A stretch of 64,000 bases of DNA from Podarcis pityusensis. Its lineage: Eukaryota. Position numbers and translations under genes: made by a program. Positions 12,551-21,957 of the stretch are shown piece by piece. Below the pieces are notes generated by a model. It saw only the letters and a program-made list of their open reading frames with translations, was not told the origin of the DNA and searched no databases. Location: the NCBI GenBank assembly GCA_964106645.2, contig OZ067039.1; one strand, given 5' to 3'. The number at the start of each line of letters is the position of its first letter. Position 1 is the first letter of the stretch.

Positions 12551-14023
12551 ATATATATATATATAAAACCGAGAGAAGAAATCCAGTACTGAAACATCCA
12601 TTGACGAATCATTCAGGGACAAGTTAAGGCTCAGCCAATTGATATTTTCCCCCAGTAACACTATAATTTAACATGGAATTTTATCCTGTCTTCTAATAAC
12701 AATATTCAGCAGCTTCATGTGCAGCTGGTTTTGAGCACCTCAACACTTGGAGCTACTTTAAAGTTTCTAAAGTTCAGATAAATGGATCTTCTAAGTAGGA
12801 GTCTAAAAACACCTGGACTTTTTTCTTCTGCTCAGGCAAATGGACAGTGACAGTGGAATCGGCAATTGCGGCGCAGGGCGAGGGGACTTTGGTAGTGATA
12901 ATAATCAATTTGGTGGCATGACTGTGGAGAGCTGCAATGGCCTTTGAGAGGAATCGGAATACTTTTTTCTGAGTTGCTAAACAAACAAACGAATCCATTA
13001 CTTTGAAATAATATCATATTGCTCAGCATTAGAGAAGCAAGGCATCTTCGTTTTACTGTCTGTTTTTATCATCCGTTGTGCCACTGTTAAAAAGCAATAG
13101 TTTTATAAGCTGTAGGAGCCAATCTGCTGTTGTCTGTCTGTATATTGCTGAAAACTTTACATAGTCTGACAGAGAAAATTGCCCTTTGCATTCACTGTTG
13201 GCAGAGGAAACAAGCTGAAAGTATGTCCAGTTCTTATAAAACACTGACAACCTCACAATGCACCAAGCAATAAAAAGAATAGATTTTCTATCCTATGCTT
13301 AAAGTGGTAGAATAAAAGGGAGCTGGAAGAAAAGGGGAAACTTTTCTAAGGGCCATGTACGCATCAGAGTTAAACTGGGTCACTCTGCAATGCAACGTAG
13401 ATTTTTACCGCATATAAATTTAGCAGCTTTCTTTGGCATTAGGTGTGTGCCAGCAGCATTTTTCTGTTATCTCAAGTTCAGAGCAGGTCCATTGAGGTAC
13501 TATGAAATTTGAGCCAGGTATCATAAATTGTAGTAGTTAGAATAGAAACTGTTGTCAATTATAAAAGACATGTTGGTTGATGTTGCACCTAGAGTAAGAC
13601 TGGGGAAATGTTAACTGAATCTGAAATTGGATAGATGCAAGTAGTTTTCCTGCTTGTTTTTCAAATGCATGACTGAGCACTCTCTCCTTAGCTGCATGTT
13701 AAAAAATAAAACAAAAAAATGCTTGCGAAGGCAAGGGATTCAAGCATCTTTTTCTGGAAGACTAATGAACATTAAGTTCTCTTTCAGGAGCTTCACAGAT
13801 ATGTATTTCCACTGGAAAATCAGGGATTTGTGCGCAGTTAGGAACAAACTTTCACAAGAGATGTGTCGCTGCCTCTGAAAACAGGAGCCTCAGTCACATT
13901 CCTGCCTTCTCTCTTCCCTGCTAACAATACCTCACCATACTGTGTGCTTTGCCACCCTGCTTCACTTCCTTGGTTGCTGCTTGGGGAGAGGGGCTGTCCC
14001 ACATATGTTTTTTACTAGTTATT

Positions 14024-14358
14024 TGAAATATGCTCGGAGTCGAGAGTGGTCATGCTTTTTATTCAGCTCATAGTGGTGAGGAGGAATGGAAATTCCCCCA
14101 AAATGTCTGCTTTATATACATTATTTACACAATGGGCCCCACGTGATTGGTTAATTCCGGGATTCTCCTGTAGGCCAATCAGGTTTCAGATTCACTTCCA
14201 CCTGGAGCTGGATTGGGTGGCTCCTGTGGACCAATCAGGCTGCTGCATTCCGAATCCTATTGTTCTAGGACCAATCAGACTGCTGCATTTTGGATCCTAT
14301 TGTTCTAGGACCAATCAGACTGCTGCATTTTGGATCCTAGTCAACTCAGTACATAACA
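14024..14358 (-). mobile_element. Solo LTR with 40-bp CCAAT-containing tandem repeat
   Basis: TG...CA ends, exact 5-bp TSD ttatt, minus-strand TATATAAA followed by AATAAA; ~3 copies of ggaccaatcagactgctgcattttggatcctattgttcta. Confidence 0.85.
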
Positions 14359-14996
14359 TTATTGCAGAGGGGAGGAGGAGTTGATTTGGGGTTGCTGCTG
14401 TCAAATTCATGCCATACATTTAAAGCGCATGGCTTCCCCCCAGAGAATCCTGGGAACTGTATCTCCCATCTCACAGAGCTACAATTGCTAGCATAGGTGC
14501 CAACTCTGTGGGGCCCTGGAGCACCCACAAAATTCCCCATGAAGAAGCCAGGCACCCACAAATTTTGGTGCCAGGGCCCTGCACGCTGCATGGGTACCCA
14601 TGGCCCCGGGCACCCAAGTCATGGGGCCAAGCTGGTACTCCTGATTCTGAGCATAGTTCCCAGGATTCATGTGGTGAAGTCACATGCTTTTAATGTGCAT
14701 TAGATGCGCTTTTAATATATGGTGTGGATCTGTATGCTGGCGGCTGCCTGTCTTACCTAGCATCTGATGAGCGCTCCAGGAATTGCACTTGGAGAGATCC
14801 CAATTTGATAATTAAATTCAGAGTGCTTACCTCAACTGTAAGTCATCAGCCGGTGACTAAATACACAAATGCATATTTTGACACGATACTACAGCTATGT
14901 TGCAGCCTCTGCTTTTAAGTGTGTGCTCCTTTTCATATTGTTTCGTCATTCCCCTTCAGACCCCATTTGATACCAAAACAGGAATGTGGTGAATGT

Positions 14997-15210
14997 GCCA
15001 GTGTGGTGTACTGGTTTAGGTGTTGGACTAGGACCTGCAAGACCAGGGTTCAAATCAGGCATGGAGCGCACTGTGTCTTGGGTCAGTTCCCTTCTCTCTC
15101 TCTTAGCCTAGCCTACCACACAAGCCTGTGGTGGTGATAAAGTGAGAGCGACAACCATGGATATCATCTTGAGTTCCTTGGAAGAGAGGTGGGATATAAA
15201 TGCTAAAATA
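14997..15210 (+). mobile_element. CORE/Squam3-like SINE
   Basis: GCCAGTGTGGTGTA.TGG A-box, GGTTCAAATC B-box, GGGATATAAAT + (TAA)n tail. Confidence 0.65.
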
Positions 15211-15614
15211 ATATTAATATTAATATTAATAATAATAATTTTAAACCCAAATGAATATCAACTCACCAAAAAACTGGAAAAAATACAGCAATCCTGTTCC
15301 AAAGCAGATCTTAACATGAATTTCCATGTGCAAGCTCACTGCTGAATTTTCTTTCTCAGAGGCAACGTTCAGGTTGGTTTCTATGCTATTTAAAACTCCA
15401 CAATTTTCCTCTTTGACTGAAACTGTGTTTCTTCAGAGCTTCCCATTCAGAAAGCGTGTTCTCCCTAACCAGAGAGCACGTGTTGCGGTTGGGGAAACAT
15501 GCCACCCTGCCATGACTAGGCAGATTTGAGAGAAAACCCAAGCCTTCTAAAGGGTTAAGATTGGGTTGCTGGGGATTTTTGTATGTTGCTAAATTCAGAG
15601 GAGGGGTTAGAGTC

Positions 15615-15620
15615 TATAAA
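15615..15620 (+). promoter_or_regulatory. TATA box of the retrotransposon promoter
   Basis: TATAAATATAAGGGG about 55 bp inside the inferred left end, followed by a nearly ATG-free leader. Confidence 0.6.
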
Positions 15621-16160
15621 TATAAGGGGCCAGAGGTTGGACTTCCTCTTGGCCGTTTTGCTTCGGATCAGGAGAGACGGTTGTATTTCTGAGCTTATTT
15701 GACTTCTACTTTCGAATTCCTTGGGCCTAGGTTTAAAAATCTTCCCTTTTTCCCTCGTGCTGCTCCGTATTTGATTTTCCTTCCCAAATCCCCTTCCCCT
15801 CCCCACCCCCCCATCCCGTGTGTATTAATTAATCCCTCATTTTAGTTATATATTTAGAGGAAGTTTTTAACGCCTAGGCTAGAGGGTGGGTACCCCCCCC
15901 CGGCCTTGGGGCCTGCCCCTGTTAGGGCCCGGCAGCCTGATTCCCGGGCGGCGGCCGCTGGCTGTTGGCCGGGCTCCAGCCACTTGTTAAGGTGGGAGGC
16001 CTGCAGCGAGCCGCCCAGGCCTCGCGGAAATTTTCTTGAATTTTAACAATAATAATAATAATATATAGAAATAAATAGAATCCTCCTCTTACCTTTCGCG
16101 GTTTTCCTGGTGCCGTGGGGGGAAGGTGCCTTGGTTTGGCCCCTAACCAGGGCCGCGGCA

Positions 16161-16420
16161 GCGCCCGCCATTTAAGGGGCACCCTTCACGGACCTCGTGG
16201 GTGCAGGGCTGCTTCGGGGAGGAATTGCCTTCCCCCGGTTTCGGCCGCTCGCTGCGAGAGCGGCTGAATTGTTAAAGGGTAGCGGCGGCTGCAGTGCGGC
16301 CAAGTTAGCGGCGGCCGGGCCGGGGCCAGGGCTCCTTGCGTGCCCGGCCTCTCCGTTAGGTTTGCGGGGCCGCCTCCCCTGGGGCTTGGGGCTGCGGCTC
16401 GTTGTTGCGCCCGCCATTTT
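16161..16420 (+). promoter_or_regulatory. Two YY1-like motifs
   Basis: GCGCCCGCCATTT occurs at 16161-16173 and 16407-16419; CGCCATTTT is the YY1 consensus. Confidence 0.55.
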
Positions 16421-16486
16421 CTGCTTCTTCGTGGCGCATCTCCGGGGGAGGAGGATTTCTCCACGGTGGTTGATTTTTTCCCTGCT

Positions 16487-16628
16487 CGCCCTCCGGTGGC
16501 CGTGCAGGGTTATTGCAGCTGAGCAGTGTGCCGGCGCTCCCCCTGGTGGCTCGGCTTGCTAGTGCACCTTCTCCAGTGTGAGTTTCGGGCTGGCTGGTGC
16601 CCCCTGCTGGCCGGGCTCAGGAAGTGCA
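16487..16628 (-). promoter_or_regulatory. Three co-oriented CTCF motifs with upstream module
   Basis: Cores CGCCCTCCGGTGGC (16487), CTCCCCCTGGTGGC (16537) and TGCCCCCTGCTGGC (16598), each followed 13-14 nt later by TGCA. Confidence 0.7.
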
Positions 16629-16972
16629 TTTATTTTATTTTAATTTTTAAGTTTATTTGATTTTATATGCTTAAAATAAAATAAAAAAATAAAAATAAAT
16701 AAATAAATAAATAAATAAGAAGAAGAAGAACAAGTACATAAAACAAATATAAACAAATAAGTAAAAGTAATAAAAAATAAAATAAAATAAATAAATAATC
16801 GAAATATATATATATATATAAAAAAATCATTCTGTTTTTTGCATTTATTTAGTTTTAATTTATCTGACAGCGATTGGTGTAATTCCTTCACTTCTGTAAA
16901 TTATTTAGTTGCGTTCAGCAGCGCCGCCTGGCTGCGGCAATCGTTAATTCTCATTTTGATCCAATAGCAGGT

Positions 16973-18497
16973 ATGCCTCCTAAGAAAGCCGCTGCTCGTC
17001 CCGCCTCGGCCTCTGGTGCTAAACGGCCTATTAGAGGTCCATCGCAGGCGCTTCGCTCTCCTACCCCAAGGCAACCGGTGGGACGGGTGCAATCCTTGGT
17101 AGAAAGTATGGCCGGCAATCCAGCAGCATTGTCTCGCTTCGCAGCCGAAATGGATGGTTTCCTGCAACACTGCTCTGCACAGCCTTCCACGTCTGGGAGG
17201 CGTCCTTGCCCAGTAGTGGCATCATCTCCAGCGTCGCCGTCCTCTAGTGAAGAAGGGAGAGATGGCTCATTATCTAGGGGTTTGATAGCCGATTCCCAGC
17301 TTGCTCGGTCCCGTGTCTTACCTGCTGCTCGCGGCCGTTCGCGGAGGCCGCGCCGTTCCGCTGGGAGGGCCGCGGGAAGGCAAAACCCCTTGGCCCCTTC
17401 CACCCGCCGAGCTGTGCGCACCCAACCTTCGGATGAGGTGGCATCGGGTTCAGGCCTATCACTGGTTGTTTCTCCTCAGTCTGCTCCAGGTACATCACAG
17501 CTGAGCCCTGATTCTGAGTCTTCCATTGAGGACAGCTTGCCGGTTCCCGCCAGGAAGTCTTCGGGCGGAAAACGTCGCCGCAGAAGGTCTTCCCGGAAAC
17601 ATGCCAAGCGAAGGAGGGGTGAATCATCTTCCTCGTATTCTGGTACGTCATCCTCCAGTTCTGATGATGAGTCTGGCAATTCCAGGGAACTTTATTGGGG
17701 TTTTGGAGAATCGGCCTCGGGATTGCCTCGGTGGGCTTGGGATCGGAGGGCCAACACGCACCGCGCAAGGTATGGGGCGGTCCAGGAGTGCAGGGATGGC
17801 GTGTTGGTGCCTGACGTTAAAGTCTCTACCAATTCTGCTAGGGACATTATCCCTGGTTTGCATTTGTCAACAAAACTGCGGTCCAGGATTCTGAACGGCC
17901 GTTATGTGGACATCTTCAAATTGGCCCCTCCTTCGGAGGACCAGGAGGCAGGGAAGTCGCCCAAAAAACGCCAGGGCACTCCCTCAGTAGACAGGACTTT
18001 CGAGCATTGGCTCGATTGTTTCCAGGTCTTTGCTGGTGTGGTGGTGGCAGCTTACCCTCGGAGATCTCTTCATTTGATAGTGTACTTGTCTATTGTTCGC
18101 TCTGCTTTCACCAAAGCTGGTGAGAAAGCTGCGATAAAATATGATGAGAACTTCAGGCGCCGCGCCGCTAGGATCCCCTCAGCACGATGGGATCGTAAGG
18201 ATCTCGACGTGTGGACCACCCATGTAGCTCCACATCGATAAGAAAGCGCCGGAGCAACAGAAGTCGAGGACTGGGGCGTTTAGGACTAGCCGTCGTTTCC
18301 CATGCTGGGATTATAATAAGGGTTCTTGTCAGCGGCAGGGGTGTAGGTATGCCCACATTTGTGAGAAATGCAATGGTTCGCATCCTGCCTCCTCTTGTTT
18401 TGGCAATCGGCGGCCCTTTCGTGGCGGAAAAGGGGGTTCTCAGCAAACCCCCAAGCAAAACACCCCTCTCGCTCCTGCCCCAGGCACAGGAAAATGA
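16973..18497 (+). CDS. Gag-like ORF1 of the YR retrotransposon, frameshifted at ~18230
   Basis: 422-aa ORF (Ser/Arg-rich N-terminus; I..GRYVD, W..CF..F, YDE.FR motifs) stops at 18241. The CCCH+CCHC zinc fingers (CWDYNKGSCQRQGCRYAHICEKCNGSHPASSC) continue in another frame, 18231-18497. Confidence 0.85.
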
Positions 18498-18510
18498 GCT
18501 TTTGTCAGCC

Positions 18511-20103
18511 ATGGCTCATACCCCTGTTCGGTTGCCGGCCCTGCAGCTTTGGTTGCAGTCTTATCCTAACAGGGATGCTGCAGGTTATTTGAGGGATGGT
18601 TTTTCTGTTGGTTTCCGGATTCCGGTAGCCATGCCTCCCGTGGCACGGAATCCGTCTAACCAAAAATCGATTCGTGAGCTACCTGACGTCGCTCGCAGAA
18701 AGATTGCAAAGGAGCTGGCCATGCATCGGATGGCCGGTCCTTTTGATGCCCCTCCCTTTCATAATTTGCATGTATCCCCATTGGGTATTGTCCCAAAGAA
18801 GGCTCCGGGTGAATTTCGTTTAATTCATAATTTGTCACATCCTAGGGGTACTTCAGTCAATGATGTTATCCCCCCGGAGCTTTGCTCCGTGAAGTATGCA
18901 TCTCTTGATCAGGCGATCAAGATGATTAGGAAGTTCGGCCACGCTGCCCTATTGGCAAAATGCGACATTGAGTCGGCATTCCGCCTTCTCCCAATTCACC
19001 CGGATGATTTTTGGCTACTGGGTTTTCAGTTTGAGGGCAAGTATTACTTTGACAAAGCCATGCCTATGGGTTGTTCAATAGCCTGCGCTGCCTTTGAATC
19101 ATTTAGCACCTTTCTCGAGTGGGCCCTTAAATTTAAAACAGGATTGGGCGGGGTCACGCATTATTTGGATGATTTTTTATTGGCCTCGGCTCACGATACT
19201 GGTGAGTGCTCGGTGTTGCTACAGGCCTTTGCTGACCTTACGCAGGAGCTGGGGGTTCCGCTTGCTTCGGAAAAGACCGAGGGTCCATCTACTCAGCTTA
19301 CGTATTTGGGTATCCTGTTGGATACGGTTGCCCAGACTTCTAGTTTGCCAATGGACAAGCTAGTAGCCTTGAAGAAGGTCATAGAGGAACTGCTCCCTTT
19401 GAAGAAAGCATCTCTTCTACAAATTCAGTCATTGTTGGGGCATCTGAATTTCGCGTGCAGGGTGGTGGCGCCTGGGCGCCCTTTCTGTTCGCGCCTGGCT
19501 CGCCTCACTGTGGGATTGAGGGCCCCTCATCATAGGGTGCGCCTATCTAAGGAGGTGAGGGCCGATCTTTCCATATGGCTGGAATTCCTGGAGGAATTCA
19601 ATGGGGTGTCGTTATGGCAAGACACTTTAAACTTGCAAAATGATTTTCAGGTACAATCGGATGCTGCAGGTTCCCTGGGTTTTGGTCTTTACTGGAAGGG
19701 GCGGTGGTGCGCAGAGCGTTGGCCGCCTGAGTGGCAGGGAGGAGAAATTACACGGGACCTAACATTTCTCGAGTTTTTTCCCATTGCAGTGGCTGTGCAT
19801 TTGTGGGTCGAGGAATTCAGGAACCGTCGTGTCTGCTTCTGGACCGATAATCAGGCGGTGGTGAACGTGCTGGCGAAACTGTCATCACGCTCTCCCAGGG
19901 TGTCGGCCTTATTGCGGGCCTTCGTGTTGCATTGTTTACGTCATAATATAGTGTTCTCTGCACGTTTTATTCCTGGGGTGTCTAACGAAATTGCTGATGC
20001 TCTGTCCCGTTTTCAGATGGAGCGGTTCAGACTTCTGGTTCCAGAGGCGCGGATACGTCCGGAGTATTTCCCGGATCATCTCTGGAACCTTGGCAGCAAT
20101 TAG
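18511..20103 (+). CDS. Reverse transcriptase / RNase H (DIRS/Ngaro pol)
   Basis: Motifs SPLGIVPKK, FRLIHNLS, KCDIESAFR, MPMG, YLDDF, YLGI; RNase H SDA...LE...TDN...ADALSR. ATG in GCCATGG context (the frame is open from before 18211). Confidence 0.95.
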   Translation: MAHTPVRLPALQLWLQSYPNRDAAGYLRDGFSVGFRIPVAMPPVARNPSNQKSIRELPDVARRKIAKELAMHRMAGPFDAPPFHNLHVSPLGIVPKKAPGEFRLIHNLSHPRGTSVNDVIPPELCSVKYASLDQAIKMIRKFGHAALLAKCDIESAFRLLPIHPDDFWLLGFQFEGKYYFDKAMPMGCSIACAAFESFSTFLEWALKFKTGLGGVTHYLDDFLLASAHDTGECSVLLQAFADLTQELGVPLASEKTEGPSTQLTYLGILLDTVAQTSSLPMDKLVALKKVIEELLPLKKASLLQIQSLLGHLNFACRVVAPGRPFCSRLARLTVGLRAPHHRVRLSKEVRADLSIWLEFLEEFNGVSLWQDTLNLQNDFQVQSDAAGSLGFGLYWKGRWCAERWPPEWQGGEITRDLTFLEFFPIAVAVHLWVEEFRNRRVCFWTDNQAVVNVLAKLSSRSPRVSALLRAFVLHCLRHNIVFSARFIPGVSNEIADALSRFQMERFRLLVPEARIRPEYFPDHLWNLGSN

Positions 20104-20987
20104 TTTTGCAGGGAGTAGCGGCTTCGGTTTCACCTTCTACCCTTAGATCTTACACAAAGGCTTGGACCGATTTTTTGACATTTACGCGCCAGACAACCTC
20201 TAATTTAGAGGGTGTTCCCCCCACCTCCTCGCAGGTGTTGAGCTATTTAGCACATTTATTTCAGTTAGGGCGGGCAGCAAGAACTATTAAGATACAGGCG
20301 GCTGCCATAGCCTTTTTCTGTAAGACATTTTATGATAAGGACCCTTGTGCGAGGTTTATAGTGCGCAGGGCCCTCGAAGGCTGGAGCAGACTTCGTCCGT
20401 CCCAGCCGGCCTCACGGTGCCCCATTTCCTTTGATTTGTTGAGTAGGATGCGCAAGAGGCTGCGGGTGGTATGCTGGTCGGGGTACGAGGCTCGCCTTTT
20501 CTCGGCTGCCTTTTCTATTGCCTTTTTTGGAGCCCTGAGAGTGGGTGAGCTGGTATTTGAAGATATCAGAGATGGTCGTTCCAGGGGCCTTTTGCTCAGG
20601 GACGTGCAGCTAACCCCCGCAGAATTGAAAATCACAGTCAGAAATTCTAAGACTGATCAGAAGGGTAGGGGTGCCGTCATTCGTCTCCCTGCTACGGGAG
20701 AGGCAGGCCCTTGCCCTGTGAAGGATGTCAGTAAATACTTAGCAGTACGCGTCACGGGTGATGGGCCTCTGCTTAGACATGAAAATGGGTCGCCCCTAAC
20801 GAGACGCCAGTTTGCACAGGTGATGCGTAAAGCGATTCTCGCTTGTGACGGCACGTCGGATGGTTTCGCCCCTCACTCCTTTAGGATTGGGGCCGCAACA
20901 ACGGCTGCTCATTGGGGTTTGTCGGCCGCTAGGATAAAGGATTTGGGGCGCTGGAAGTCGAATGCCTTTCGGGGCTATGTTCGTTAG
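19998..20987 (+). CDS. Tyrosine recombinase (lambda-integrase family); no initiating ATG
   Basis: Catalytic set intact: GALRVGEL (R), SKTDQ (K), HSFRIG (HxxR), GRWKS (W), GYVR (Y). The frame is open from 19998 and overlaps the end of RNase H. Confidence 0.93.
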   Translation, partial: CSVPFSDGAVQTSGSRGADTSGVFPGSSLEPWQQLVLQGVAASVSPSTLRSYTKAWTDFLTFTRQTTSNLEGVPPTSSQVLSYLAHLFQLGRAARTIKIQAAAIAFFCKTFYDKDPCARFIVRRALEGWSRLRPSQPASRCPISFDLLSRMRKRLRVVCWSGYEARLFSAAFSIAFFGALRVGELVFEDIRDGRSRGLLLRDVQLTPAELKITVRNSKTDQKGRGAVIRLPATGEAGPCPVKDVSKYLAVRVTGDGPLLRHENGSPLTRRQFAQVMRKAILACDGTSDGFAPHSFRIGAATTAAHWGLSAARIKDLGRWKSNAFRGYVR

Positions 20988-21603
20988 TACTTTCGGACTC
21001 TTATACTGTTTGTTTTTGTTTATCTCAGGTCTGGCGGCTGTTCGCATCTGGTTGGTGGGGCACAGCATCATCCATTGGGCTGCTGTCGCAGCACGGCAGT
21101 CCAGGCTGGGTCCAGGTCTCGGCTTCCCTCCACATGTGCAGCTGTCATGGCTGTCCAGACGGGGTATGCGCTGGTCAGAGTTCCTGCCGAGGATTCGGAG
21201 GCAGTTGCTCTTGGAAGGGCAGCCCACGGCTATTGTGGTGCAGCTGGGTGAGAACGACCTGGTATCCGTGGACTGTTTATCACTTCGTGCTGCAATTTTG
21301 AGTGACTTGGAGATGCTGCGAACATTGGTGCCGTCAGCTAAAATATTTTGGTCTAAGCTATTGCAACGCCGCATTTGGATGGGCAGTCGTTGCCCGGCAG
21401 CCACAGAAAGGGCCAGAAAACGCATCAATTCTGCGGTGGCTAAGAAGATTTCTGAGTTGGGTGGTGATGTGATTTCCCATCCGGTGATTCGTTTTCAAGC
21501 TGCGCCCCTTTTTAGGGCTGATGGTGTGCACCTCTCTGCCTCAGGGAATGAGGTTTGGCTGGGTGCAGTGGTGGCCAAGCTGAGGGCTTGGTTGGGGCTG
21601 TGA
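20962..21603 (+). CDS. SGNH/GDSL hydrolase (esterase-like) ORF
   Basis: Block I WLVGHS, block II RRGM, block III QLGEND, block V DGVHL. The domain probably begins at the acceptor at 21029. Confidence 0.88.
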   Translation: MPFGAMFVSTFGLLYCLFLFISGLAAVRIWLVGHSIIHWAAVAARQSRLGPGLGFPPHVQLSWLSRRGMRWSEFLPRIRRQLLLEGQPTAIVVQLGENDLVSVDCLSLRAAILSDLEMLRTLVPSAKIFWSKLLQRRIWMGSRCPAATERARKRINSAVAKKISELGGDVISHPVIRFQAAPLFRADGVHLSASGNEVWLGAVVAKLRAWLGL

Positions 21604-21940
21604 GTGGTTTGGCGGTGAGCTGGAGGCTCCATGGCGGTTAGGCATTGGTTAAAGTGGTGCTTGGAGGGGTAAGTGCCTACCCCTCCAAATGATGCGAAGG
21701 GAATTCCGTTAAAGGAATCCAGGGGCTTGCCATTCATTTCGTCCTTGTCCCTGGCATCGGACTTGGGCCGTGCAAGCCCCAAAGGAACATGAGGGTGAGA
21801 AGTGAGGGACTGATGCCCAGCTTCATTTTCTCACCCAATACTTGTTTCCCACTCTGGCTTCCGCTGGTGTCCGGAATGCCAGCTCTGTCCCTGAGGGCAT
21901 GGACAGATAGTCATAACCAATGCCTAAGCAACCACTCACA
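21599..21940 (+). other. Predicted multibranch structured RNA in the retrotransposon 3' region
   Basis: Perfect long-range stems of 11 bp (21599-21609/21930-21940) and 14 bp (21638-21651/21914-21927) enclose at least five hairpins. Confidence 0.7.
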
Positions 21941-21951
21941 TTTTTTGTATG

Positions 21952-21957
21952 AATAAA
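21952..21957 (+). terminator. Polyadenylation signal of the element
   Basis: AATAAA directly after the structured region, with a GT/T-rich tract at ~22000. Confidence 0.6.

Noticed and set aside
12223-12627. ORFs of 60-134 aa here and at 8982, 63435 and 63581
   Set aside because: They are translations of Sauria SINE sequence.
12774-13029. Complex non-repetitive segment, possibly an exon of a neighbouring gene or a conserved element
   Set aside because: No recognisable protein similarity and no convincing splice-site pair; conservation cannot be judged from this window alone.
14228-14340. 40-bp direct repeats, superficially CRISPR-like
   Set aside because: Head-to-tail tandem units with no spacers, inside an LTR in vertebrate DNA.
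14745-14805. TTACCTAGCATCTGATGAGCGCTCC resembles the 5' half of amniote intronic hammerheads
   Set aside because: No GAAA core or stem III follows the putative stem II.
18211-18510. 100-aa N-terminal extension of pol in the ORF track
   Set aside because: It starts at GTG and overlaps the gag zinc-finger frame; the Kozak ATG at 18511 is the better start.
20962-21028. Hydrophobic 'signal peptide' at the start of the SGNH ORF
   Set aside because: The Phe/Leu richness is explained by the T-rich polypyrimidine tract of a splice acceptor. A real signal peptide is not excluded but is unsupported.
20796-21428. 210-aa antisense ORF and other antisense ORFs within the element
   Set aside because: They shadow GC-rich coding frames and contain no recognisable motifs.
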